Shown one piece after another: positions 36,999 through 44,696 of a DNA stretch of 64,000 nucleotides (its first letter is position 1; each line of letters begins with the position of its first letter). The notes below the pieces were generated by a model. It ran no database searches and was not told the origin of the DNA. It worked only from the letters and a program-made list of their open reading frames with translations. The stretch is from a virus. Taxonomy: Duplodnaviria; Caudoviricetes. Position numbers and translations under genes: made by a program. Location of the stretch: IMG/VR virus record IMGVR_UViG_3300046473_000190, positions 8,965-72,964 of that record, one strand, 5' to 3'.

Positions 36999-37190
36999 AC
37001 CAAGATTGAAAAGCAAGTCTGGAACAAGACCCACCGCGATTACCGCTCAATTATCAATGGCGAGCGCTACGTGATGCAATACAACTCACAAAGTGGCGGC
37101 AGCGAATTGGTTCCCTTGTCCTCTTGCCGCAAAGTCACCGAAGCTTACGAGGAATTGAGCCACCGTGCCGGTATTGTGGCCGCCGACTAA
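36996..37190 (+). CDS. hypothetical protein, 64 aa
   Basis: Follows promoter copy 2. Confidence 0.65.
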   Translation: MTKIEKQVWNKTHRDYRSIINGERYVMQYNSQSGGSELVPLSSCRKVTEAYEELSHRAGIVAAD

Positions 37191-37202
37191 CAGGAGAGGG
37201 AC

Positions 37203-37382
37203 ATGACCAATCAGGAAATCATCGACAACCTCTACGAAGCCCTTAATGGCCTGAGCATCGGCTGGCAAATGACTAATCTGAAGGACGAGGCCAAACGCCA
37301 ACACCTGCAGGCTCCGGTAAATGCGGCTATCGCAGCAGTTTCACAGGTTATCGCCGAGTTCGAGAATGGTCGGGCGCGCTAA
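37203..37382 (+). CDS. 59 aa helical protein ending RAR-stop
   Basis: AACAGGAGAGGGACATG leader. Confidence 0.6.
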   Translation: MTNQEIIDNLYEALNGLSIGWQMTNLKDEAKRQHLQAPVNAAIAAVSQVIAEFENGRAR

Positions 37383-37411
37383 TGCGCCCCATCCAACAGG
37401 AGACGGACATG
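37371..37411 (+). repeat. junction repeat, copy 2
   Basis: CGGGCGCGCTAATGCGCCCCATCCAACAGGAGACGGACATG. Confidence 0.9.
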
Positions 37412-37576
37412 ACCGCAACAGATGATCGCCGCAACCTTGTTGAGTTGTTTGATCTTGCCCGCAATATCGCCGGTTTGGATGAACGCTCAATTATGGCAAT
37501 GGACCTGCATACTCTCCGAGCCACATTGCGAGAATACCGCGATCTGGCTCGCGTCATGCTGGAAACAGTTACATAA
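37409..37576 (+). CDS. hypothetical protein, 55 aa
   Basis: Consensus leader. Confidence 0.6.
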   Translation: MTATDDRRNLVELFDLARNIAGLDERSIMAMDLHTLRATLREYRDLARVMLETVT

Positions 37577-37577
37577 A

Positions 37578-37805
37578 ATGACCCCCACCGAATTCCGCTC
37601 CGCTCTAGCCGCCCTTAACCTCTCTCAGGTAGGGGCGGCTAGAGCATGGGGAGTCAACCCGCGCACTGTTCGCGATTGGGCAGACATGAGAGGGAAGGGT
37701 CCACCACCACCTATTCCAGCACTGCTCTCGGAGGTAGTTTGGCTGCGGAATAATGTTCCAGACTATGCTGAGCGGTTTGTTCTCAGCAGAGCGATAAAAA
37801 TGTGA
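37578..37805 (+). CDS. XRE-type helix-turn-helix regulator
   Basis: MTPTEFRSALAALNLSQVGAARAWGVNPRTVRDWA. Confidence 0.8.
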   Translation: MTPTEFRSALAALNLSQVGAARAWGVNPRTVRDWADMRGKGPPPPIPALLSEVVWLRNNVPDYAERFVLSRAIKM

Positions 37806-37898
37806 TGCCGTCACAAAATGTATGATTGTTGGATATGGCTGTTGACATAGAGGGTCTATCGCCCTATAGTGGTTTTATCAGAACGGGAGATGGACATG
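37801..37898 (+). promoter_or_regulatory. sigma70 promoter/operator/RBS module, copy 3
   Basis: TGTGA-N5-TCACA, TTGACA 37842, N17, TATAGT 37865. Confidence 0.9.
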
Positions 37899-38075
37899 AC
37901 CGAACTAGACCTCGACCAAGTATTACTCCCGCAAGTCGCACAGCTTGCAGAAGCGGGTGGCGGGTGGGCAAACTGGAATGATCTTCCCGGCGGCGACGAA
38001 TGGGTACAAGGCGCAATAGACCGTGGCTTGCTGCGCTACGAAGACGGCTTCGTGCAACTGGCAGCCAAATCATGA
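37896..38075 (+). CDS. acidic hypothetical protein, 59 aa
   Basis: Follows promoter copy 3. Confidence 0.65.
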   Translation: MTELDLDQVLLPQVAQLAEAGGGWANWNDLPGGDEWVQGAIDRGLLRYEDGFVQLAAKS

Positions 38076-38140
38076 CTTCACATCTCGGATTAACGGGATG
38101 GCAACTTGGATCAGCAGGACCAACAGAACAGGAGATGGAC

Positions 38141-38281
38141 ATGACCCGCTACCAAGTCACCGAAGGCAAAAACAGGAATTGGGCAGTTCTCGACACCACC
38201 ACCAATGCCCTCGTATTTGAAAGCGACTCTCGGCTGCTCACTTACGACAAACAAGAAGAGTTAACCCAGCGGGCGCGCTAA
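38141..38281 (+). CDS. 46 aa protein ending RAR-stop
   Basis: AACAGGAGATGGACATG leader. Confidence 0.6.
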   Translation: MTRYQVTEGKNRNWAVLDTTTNALVFESDSRLLTYDKQEELTQRAR

Positions 38282-38314
38282 TGCGCCCCTCTAAACCAAC
38301 AGGAGACGGACATG
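38270..38314 (+). repeat. junction repeat, copy 3
   Basis: CGGGCGCGCTAATGCGCCCCTCTAAACCAACAGGAGACGGACATG. Confidence 0.9.
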
Positions 38315-38461
38315 AATGACGAACGCAAAATAATCAAATATCTCGGTTACACCATCGAGCCAGAGAATAGCGGGAACCTATCAATCTACCGCTTTGGCTA
38401 CCTGACTAGCTTTCGCAGCATTGATGAATGCATGCGCTACATCGAATGGAAGGAGGCATAG
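38312..38461 (+). CDS. hypothetical protein, 49 aa
   Basis: Consensus leader; MNDERKIIKYLGYTI. Confidence 0.6.
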   Translation: MNDERKIIKYLGYTIEPENSGNLSIYRFGYLTSFRSIDECMRYIEWKEA

Positions 38462-38463
38462 CC

Positions 38464-38583
38464 ATGAAGGATAACGCCAAGCTCGTGATCCGTGCCGCGC
38501 TCTACGCTGCCTTAGGCTGGGGCGTGATTGCCTTAGTCATTCTCAGTACGGGCGCACATTACGACATTTGGCATGCGAGGTGA
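38464..38583 (+). CDS. small single-TM protein, 39 aa
   Basis: AAGGAGG RBS; hydrophobic helix. Confidence 0.55.
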   Translation: MKDNAKLVIRAALYAALGWGVIALVILSTGAHYDIWHAR

Positions 38584-38682
38584 GACGCTGGTAGCATCAA
38601 AGGGATGAGGTGTTGCTTAACCGCAACACTTTCCTAATATTGTTGCGTAGATAGCCGTCAAGGTGGTAAAGTTTAAGGCGCC

Positions 38683-39153
38683 ATGACAGACACGCTCGAT
38701 ATCAATCGCCCAAAACAAAACACCAAGACGCAAGTACGCCGTGCTGGTAAGGCTAAGCTAGCCCTCATGCTAGAGGCCACAAGAGGCCTAGATATCAGCA
38801 AGTTAGCCGTAGACCATTTGGTCGATGTGCTAGAGTTCTATGCCCGAATGTGTAACGCCGATCCGTCAAATATGGCCTCATGGATGGATAAGCGAGCTGC
38901 AGTAGCCGCTAGGTTAGCACCGTATCAATCGCCCACATTTCAGGCTATTTCCGTAACGGGAAATCAGCAGGATCAGGCCAAACTCGCGCAAATGAGCGAT
39001 GCGGAGTTAGCTATGGCGCTGAAAGCACGGGCTGAAGACCTCGGGATGGAAGTTAAGATACGGTCAAAGCTGGAGTATCGGGCGAAACACTTCGCGCGGA
39101 CGATAGACGAAGAGATCCTCAATGGCCCGCAGCGGGAAGAGAACGAAGGTTGA
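38683..39153 (+). CDS. putative terminase small subunit
   Basis: AAVAARLAPYQSPTFQAISVTG and LAQMSDAEL motifs; upstream of TerL. Confidence 0.5.
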   Translation: MTDTLDINRPKQNTKTQVRRAGKAKLALMLEATRGLDISKLAVDHLVDVLEFYARMCNADPSNMASWMDKRAAVAARLAPYQSPTFQAISVTGNQQDQAKLAQMSDAELAMALKARAEDLGMEVKIRSKLEYRAKHFARTIDEEILNGPQREENEG

Positions 39154-39175
39154 CACCGTGCCAATAACGGTGTCA
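39150..39175. promoter_or_regulatory. palindromic operator overlapping a TTGACA box
   Basis: TGACACCGT-N7-ACGGTGTCA, 9 bp arms. Confidence 0.65.
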
Positions 39176-39186
39176 TAAATAGTGCC

Positions 39187-39483
39187 ATGACTAAGATAGG
39201 TCCATACGAGGCGCAGCTTCGTTCCCAACGAGAGACGGCATGGCAGGATCAGAGCCAGACAGAACGGCGCTCAGGGCGGTTGCGGTCTGCGCCAAGTGCG
39301 GTGTCTACGCCTTCACAATCCGCATCGATGTCTGTGGCGGCGATCGAGCCCATTGCATCGGCTGCGGTCAAGCGTGGGAGGCCCCGGATTGGCTCGCCCA
39401 AAACAATCCACCCCCAGCCTTGGAAGGCAATGGGCATGTCTCGCCGCACTTGGTATCGCCGGAAGCGAGAAGGCGCATGTTAG
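39187..39483 (+). CDS. small DNA-binding protein with C-terminal HTH
   Basis: KRGRPR AT-hook-like; PWKAMGMSRRTWYRRKRE. Confidence 0.65.
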   Translation: MTKIGPYEAQLRSQRETAWQDQSQTERRSGRLRSAPSAVSTPSQSASMSVAAIEPIASAAVKRGRPRIGSPKTIHPQPWKAMGMSRRTWYRRKREGAC

Positions 39484-39649
39484 CGTCAGAGCGACAAGCG
39501 CGCTGGCGGGCGGCGCGGAAGGCAAAGGCCAAGGGGGAAGCGTGACGGTTGAAATACCCATAGGCTACCCGGTTTCGGTGAAACGCCATAAAATACAACA
39601 GGGTCAATAGCTTTCTCATGATGACATATCACCAACGGCAGTTTCGGCA

Positions 39650-39751
39650 ATGACGGTCCAGCTAATGATAAATAGCCTTCTCATAGGCTTTGCCATAGGC
39701 GTCGTATTAGCCTTGGCATTTTTTTGGATACAAAATAATGGATATCTTTGA
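39650..39751 (+). CDS. 33 aa single-TM peptide
   Basis: MTVQLMINSLLIGFAIGVVLALAFFWIQNNGYL; shares start sequence with downstream MTase. Confidence 0.4.
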   Translation: MTVQLMINSLLIGFAIGVVLALAFFWIQNNGYL

Positions 39752-39787
39752 GATGCATAATCCCATACACATCTGGCGGTTCCGGCA

Positions 39788-41101
39788 ATGACGGTTGAGC
39801 TGCTGGCGGGCGACTGCCTCGAGCTATTGCCGGCATTGGCCGGGAACAGCGTGGATTCGTGCGTGACCGATCCGCCGTATCATTTGACCAGCATTGTTAA
39901 GAGATACAGTGCTCCCGATGCCGCTCCTTCAAGAGATAAGCGCGGAATTAGCGGACCATTTGTGGGAGTTTCATCCGGCTTCATGGGCAAGCAATGGGAT
40001 GGCGGGGACATAGCGTTTCGGCCCGATGTCTGGCGCGAGGTGTATCGTGTCCTCAGGCCTGGCGCGCACCTCTTAGCCTTCGGCGGCACGCGCACCTATC
40101 ACCGCCTGGCCTGCGCGATCGAGGATGCGGGGTTCGAGATACGCGATACGATCATGTGGGTTTACGGGAGCGGATTTCCCAAAAGTCATTCCGTCAGCGT
40201 TGCGATAGACAAATCAAACGGCGTTGCTCCGCGTAGTAAAGCTTTCAACATGAAGGGACGCGGCGACCGCGCCGAAGAAATGGACACTAATGGGCGCGAG
40301 TTTCTGCCACCATATGAAGCAACAACAGAGGCCGCCCGCCAATGGCAAGGCTGGGGCACTGCGCTTAAGCCCGCATGCGAGCCAGTCGTGCTCGCCCGCA
40401 AGCCGCTCTCGGAAAAGACGGTGGCGGCCAATGTGCTGCGGTGGGGAACCGGGGCGATAAATGTGGACGGGTGTCGAATTGAGACGAACGGCGAAGACAG
40501 ATCAGCGCGATATAACAATAAGCCGCCGTTAGGTGAAGGCGACAACGTTAAATTTGGCAAGAGAGACGAAGTGTGGATCGCTCCAGAAGGCCGTTGGCCT
40601 GCCAATCTCATCCATGACGGCAGCGAGGAAGTGCTGGCGGGGTTTCCTGAGAGCGACGGAGGGGCCGTCTCCGACTATAATTGGAACGAAAGCAATAACG
40701 ACAATCCTACACACGTAACCCGTAACATTAAGAGCGGAATTCATTTTGGCGACTCCGGCTCTGCCGCCCGCTTCTTTTATACGTCAAAAGCGGATCAAGA
40801 CGATAGGTTGGGCAGTTGTCATCCAACGGTGAAACCGCTGGACTTGATGCAATACCTTGTCCGGCTGGTGACACCGCCCAAGGGCCTCGTCCTTGATCCG
40901 TTTGCCGGTACTGGCACAACCGGCGAGGCGGCGTTTCGGGAGGGGATGCGTGCGGTGCTGATCGAGCGCGAGGCGGAGTATCAAGCGGACATCAAGCGGC
41001 GCATAGCGATGCTGCTGGGCGGGCCGGAGGAGCGGGCGCGCGAGGCCATCAAGGAGCGCATGAAGGACAAGCCGCGGGATGATGGGCCGTTATTCGCATG
41101 A
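39788..41101 (+). CDS. beta-class DNA methyltransferase (N4-C/N6-A)
   Basis: VTDPPY before HPTVKP and VLDPFAGTGTT. Confidence 0.92.
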   Translation: MTVELLAGDCLELLPALAGNSVDSCVTDPPYHLTSIVKRYSAPDAAPSRDKRGISGPFVGVSSGFMGKQWDGGDIAFRPDVWREVYRVLRPGAHLLAFGGTRTYHRLACAIEDAGFEIRDTIMWVYGSGFPKSHSVSVAIDKSNGVAPRSKAFNMKGRGDRAEEMDTNGREFLPPYEATTEAARQWQGWGTALKPACEPVVLARKPLSEKTVAANVLRWGTGAINVDGCRIETNGEDRSARYNNKPPLGEGDNVKFGKRDEVWIAPEGRWPANLIHDGSEEVLAGFPESDGGAVSDYNWNESNNDNPTHVTRNIKSGIHFGDSGSAARFFYTSKADQDDRLGSCHPTVKPLDLMQYLVRLVTPPKGLVLDPFAGTGTTGEAAFREGMRAVLIEREAEYQADIKRRIAMLLGGPEERAREAIKERMKDKPRDDGPLFA

Positions 41102-41334
41102 AAGCCGATGACCAAATCTTTACCACTCCCGGCGTTGTTTTAAATCGCATTGCGTCGGTGTTCCACTGTCCGAAGGATCGGATTGAGGAGGTATTGGAGG
41201 AACTTATGGAGCGGCCGATAGAGAGGGCGGCGGGGTCCGAGGCCAGGCTAGCGGTTATTCGGCGGGCTTTGAACACGCCGGAGGCAGCGAGTGTGATTGA
41301 GATGGCGCAGGTGTTTTGGGATGGGGCGAAGTGA
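41098..41334 (+). CDS. hypothetical protein
   Basis: Overlaps both neighbours. Confidence 0.55.
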   Translation: MKADDQIFTTPGVVLNRIASVFHCPKDRIEEVLEELMERPIERAAGSEARLAVIRRALNTPEAASVIEMAQVFWDGAK

Positions 41335-43061
41335 ATATTCAGATTGATACTCAAGCTCTGATTGACGAATGCGATCGCCGCAAGGCCATCGAGGCGCAGT
41401 CGCAGTATGGTTACTACGACAGTGTAGGAATACGACAGTGTGGGTTAATAGCGTTCGTGCGGTATTTCTGGCCGGTGCTCGAGCCCGATGCGCCGTTCAT
41501 CGATGGCTGGCCGCTCTGGGCGATGTGCGAGCATTTGGAGGCCATCACGCGGGGCGACATCATTCGGCTACTGATTAATGTGCCGCCTGGTTTTATGAAG
41601 TCCATGCTGACGAACATATTCTGGCCGGCGTGGGAGTGGGGGGCGATGGGGCATTCGAGCTATCGCTATGTGTGTTTTAGTTATTCGGCCTCGCTGACGG
41701 AGCGCGACAACGACAAGTTCCGGGTGTTGGTGGCGTCGGAGAGGTATCAGGCGCTATATGGGCCGGTTCGCATTGAGGCGGAACGTGCCATCACGCTGGA
41801 GAACAAGACGATAACGAAGGTGAAGAATGTCAGGACGGGATGGAAGCTCGCTTCATCGGTCGGTGGTGTGGGTACCGGCGAGCGCGGGGACAGGGTCATC
41901 ATCGATGACCCTCACAACGTTGTGGAATCGGAGTCGGAAATCGTTAGAGGTGAGACTATCCGATGGTTCCGGGAGTCTGTCAGTTCCCGACTCAATAATC
42001 TTGACACTGGGGCCATTGTCGTCATCGGACAGCGTGTTCACCAGTATGACGTATCTGGCATTATCCAGTCTCAGGATTTCGACTACGAGCATTTGATGAT
42101 TCCGTGGGAGTTGGATCGGGATCGGGTGGTGGACGAGGACGGCAAGCCGTTTGAGACAGCGATAGGCTGGTATGATCCGCGGTTGGACGACGAGGACGGG
42201 GAAGAGGAACCGGCATGGCTGGACAGGTTCAGCGAAAGGGCGATGGATCGGACGCGGCTGGAGATCGGGCCGTATGCGTGGGCGGCGCAGTACCAGCAAT
42301 CGCCTGCGCCGCGTGGTGGCGGATTATTCAAGCGTCATTGGTGGAGGCCGTGGGAAACGAGCGACGGGCGGTATCCCCTTTTCAGCTATGTGATTGCGAG
42401 CCTGGACGTTGCTGTAACCGAAAAAGCGGAGAATAATCCCAGCGGATTTACGGTATGGGGGATATTTCAGCCGGATGACAGCGAGAACCCGGCCATTATG
42501 CTGATTGACGCCTGGCGCAAGCGATTGAACATGCATGGCGATCCGTCGCCGCGGATTATCACGGAAATCCCGCAGATCGGCGACGACCGGCAGACAGTGA
42601 TTAATCGCAACGTAGCCTGGAAGCGGCGGACGAGCGAGGGCTGGGGACTGGTTGAATGGGTAGCTTATACGTGCCGGGTGAGGTGCGCGGATTTGCTGTT
42701 GATTGAATGCGAGAAGGGCGGCATTGTTGCGGCGCAGGAGATGCAGCGGCTTTACGGCGGGGAGAATTGGTCGGTGCATTTGCAGCCTGTGAAGGGGGAC
42801 AAGCATGCGCGGGCGATGGCCGTTGTTCCGACATTTTCGCAGGGCAAGGTATATGCGCCGACCAAGGACTGGGCCGAGATGGTGATTGACGAGATGGAAG
42901 CGTTTCCGAAGCATCGCTATGACGACTTGACGGACTCGACCACGCAGGCCATTCGGTATTTCCGGGATGCCGGATTGGCGCGGACGGACGAGGAAATCCA
43001 AGCGGAGGTCTACGAGCGCGTGCGGCACAAGCCGCAACCGAAGGCTCTTTATCCGGTGTAA
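41331..43061 (+). CDS. terL: terminase large subunit
   Basis: Walker A NVPPGFMKS, Walker B VIIDDPH, YQQSP, C-terminal YDDLTDSTTQA. Confidence 0.92.
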   Translation: MNIQIDTQALIDECDRRKAIEAQSQYGYYDSVGIRQCGLIAFVRYFWPVLEPDAPFIDGWPLWAMCEHLEAITRGDIIRLLINVPPGFMKSMLTNIFWPAWEWGAMGHSSYRYVCFSYSASLTERDNDKFRVLVASERYQALYGPVRIEAERAITLENKTITKVKNVRTGWKLASSVGGVGTGERGDRVIIDDPHNVVESESEIVRGETIRWFRESVSSRLNNLDTGAIVVIGQRVHQYDVSGIIQSQDFDYEHLMIPWELDRDRVVDEDGKPFETAIGWYDPRLDDEDGEEEPAWLDRFSERAMDRTRLEIGPYAWAAQYQQSPAPRGGGLFKRHWWRPWETSDGRYPLFSYVIASLDVAVTEKAENNPSGFTVWGIFQPDDSENPAIMLIDAWRKRLNMHGDPSPRIITEIPQIGDDRQTVINRNVAWKRRTSEGWGLVEWVAYTCRVRCADLLLIECEKGGIVAAQEMQRLYGGENWSVHLQPVKGDKHARAMAVVPTFSQGKVYAPTKDWAEMVIDEMEAFPKHRYDDLTDSTTQAIRYFRDAGLARTDEEIQAEVYERVRHKPQPKALYPV

Positions 43062-43214
43062 TCATGCTGGAATACACATCGAGCGGTTATACGTCTGAGG
43101 TCGAGTGGTGTTTGAGTGCATGGAAGCCGATGCTCTATGAGTTCCCCGTTCCGTGGCCGGAGGGTACGGGGGCGTGTGTATGGTCGAGCTATGTTGTTTT
43201 GCCACGGTGATTGA

Positions 43215-43724
43215 ATGGGCCCCTACGAGGCATCGCTGCGTCAGGCGACGATAGAGCGGCGGCGGCGGCTGACGTTTCCGCAGCGGAAGGAAACGGAATG
43301 CCGGACAATCTTGTCTTGTACTTTCTCACCGCGGTCATGTTCAGTTTTGCCGTCGTTGCCACCATCGGTCATTTCGTCCGGTAAGCCTCGATTGACCATT
43401 CATGCCGTCAAGGCGCGGGTGGCGGCGGCTTTCGGGATATCCACGAAGAACAAGCGGATTTGGTTGCAAAGGCGCAGTGAGCGGATGTATAGCTCCCGGA
43501 ATGTCGCGATGGCGTTGGCGAGGGAATTGGTTCCTGACGCATCGTTTACGAAAATAGCACGGGCTTTTGGCGAGAGGTCTCATTGCACGGTTTTGCGGGC
43601 GTGCCGGTCGGTGGAAAGCCGGTGCAAAACGGATGATGAATTCAGTTCGATGGTGTGGGGGTTACGGACGATATTGCGGGAGAATTTCGAGAGTGGAGAG
43701 GGGAATGGTCAAGAGACGGACTAG
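43215..43724 (+). CDS. DnaA C-terminal (domain IV) HTH protein
   Basis: VAAAFGIS...RRSERMYSSRNVAMALARELVPDASFTKIARAFGERSHCTVLRA. Confidence 0.75.
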   Translation: MGPYEASLRQATIERRRRLTFPQRKETECRTILSCTFSPRSCSVLPSLPPSVISSGKPRLTIHAVKARVAAAFGISTKNKRIWLQRRSERMYSSRNVAMALARELVPDASFTKIARAFGERSHCTVLRACRSVESRCKTDDEFSSMVWGLRTILRENFESGEGNGQETD

Positions 43725-43974
43725 CAAGCGGCGGCCCGGCGGCGGCCGCCGGTCGGTGGGGCCGTATCGAGGGGTTCGGGAAACCATTACGCTTCGCATT
43801 ACGGCGGACGTTGACGGGGGAATAAGGCAACATGCGAAGGCAAGGGGGTGGTCGATGGCGCAATCGGCCGAGCATTTGTTGCGGGAAGCGTTGGGGCTGG
43901 ATGTTTACGAACTCGTTCACCGGGAGGTAAAAGATGGCATCACCGATTATATTGAGCGCGAAGCCGCTGAGTGA
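43705..43974 (+). CDS. Arc/Mnt-like ribbon-helix-helix protein
   Basis: TITLRITADVDGGIRQHAKARGWSMAQSAEHLLREAL. Confidence 0.7.
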   Translation: MVKRRTSKRRPGGGRRSVGPYRGVRETITLRITADVDGGIRQHAKARGWSMAQSAEHLLREALGLDVYELVHREVKDGITDYIEREAAE

Positions 43975-44182
43975 AGCGCAGCGGGCTTGCGTGGACTTGC
44001 TCGAGGAGGCGCTGGGGGAGGCGCGCGCGGGAGTAATCTATAGCATTGGCATTATTGCCTGCATGAAGACGGGCTATGCTACTGTCGTGGCGGGTCCGCA
44101 TGCAGCGGACTTGAATCTGGGCTGCGACAGCCTGAAGAAGAAGATTCTGGCGGCTGTCGAGGAGGGGAACCGCAAGCTTTAG
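43934..44182 (+). CDS. hypothetical protein
   Basis: GGAGG RBS. Confidence 0.55.
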   Translation: MASPIILSAKPLSEAQRACVDLLEEALGEARAGVIYSIGIIACMKTGYATVVAGPHAADLNLGCDSLKKKILAAVEEGNRKL

Positions 44183-44278
44183 GGGGTTGCCGTGGCGGCC
44201 TATTACAACGAGAATGTCCCGCAAGTCGCGGCAGAATTCATAATGGCGGCAATGCCGTGAACATGCTAGGAGGAGAGA

Positions 44279-44506
44279 ATGAAAGACATTGTTGAGGAAC
44301 TGCGGACGGCGGCCCATGCACGAGCACTGGCCAATGTTGGCGAGCCGGTTCCCTATGATCCGGCATTAGGGGCGCTGCTTTACAATGCAGCGGCCGAAAT
44401 CGAACGGCTGCGCGGGGGCCTGAATGTGCCGCAGCAAATTGCGGTCTCGTATTCCGAATTGGTCAAAGACCTGAAACACCACTTGCGCGGCGAAATCGAT
44501 GGCTGA
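44279..44506 (+). CDS. hypothetical protein
   Basis: AGGAGGAG RBS; AAAEIERLR motif. Confidence 0.6.
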   Translation: MKDIVEELRTAAHARALANVGEPVPYDPALGALLYNAAAEIERLRGGLNVPQQIAVSYSELVKDLKHHLRGEIDG

Positions 44507-44696
44507 CCGACCCACTAGGGATGAGATTGTCAAGGTGTTGCGCGATCTTGGCAACCTGCCTGCAGGCAAGTCCTATTGGGGGCCGGGAGATGGTCCAGAC
44601 AATGACGGAATGTGGTGTATCGATTGGGTAGGATGGCCGATTTCTGATTATTTACTAGCGGCGGCTGACGAGATCGAGAAAGCGAAAGATGGCTGA
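44499..44696 (+). CDS. hypothetical protein
   Basis: AAADEIE motif shared with preceding ORF. Confidence 0.5.
   Translation: MADRPTRDEIVKVLRDLGNLPAGKSYWGPGDGPDNDGMWCIDWVGWPISDYLLAAADEIEKAKDG

Noticed and set aside
36653-38314. Repeats as a CRISPR array or solitary CRISPR repeat (half-sites GGGCGCG and GCGCCCC recall type I-C repeats)
   Set aside because: Spacing is 600-900 bp and filled with ORFs; half-sites are in reverse order and the ATTGAAAC 3' handle is absent; no cas genes
43215-43724. Full dnaA gene or host chromosome boundary
   Set aside because: Only domain IV; flanked by terminase and portal
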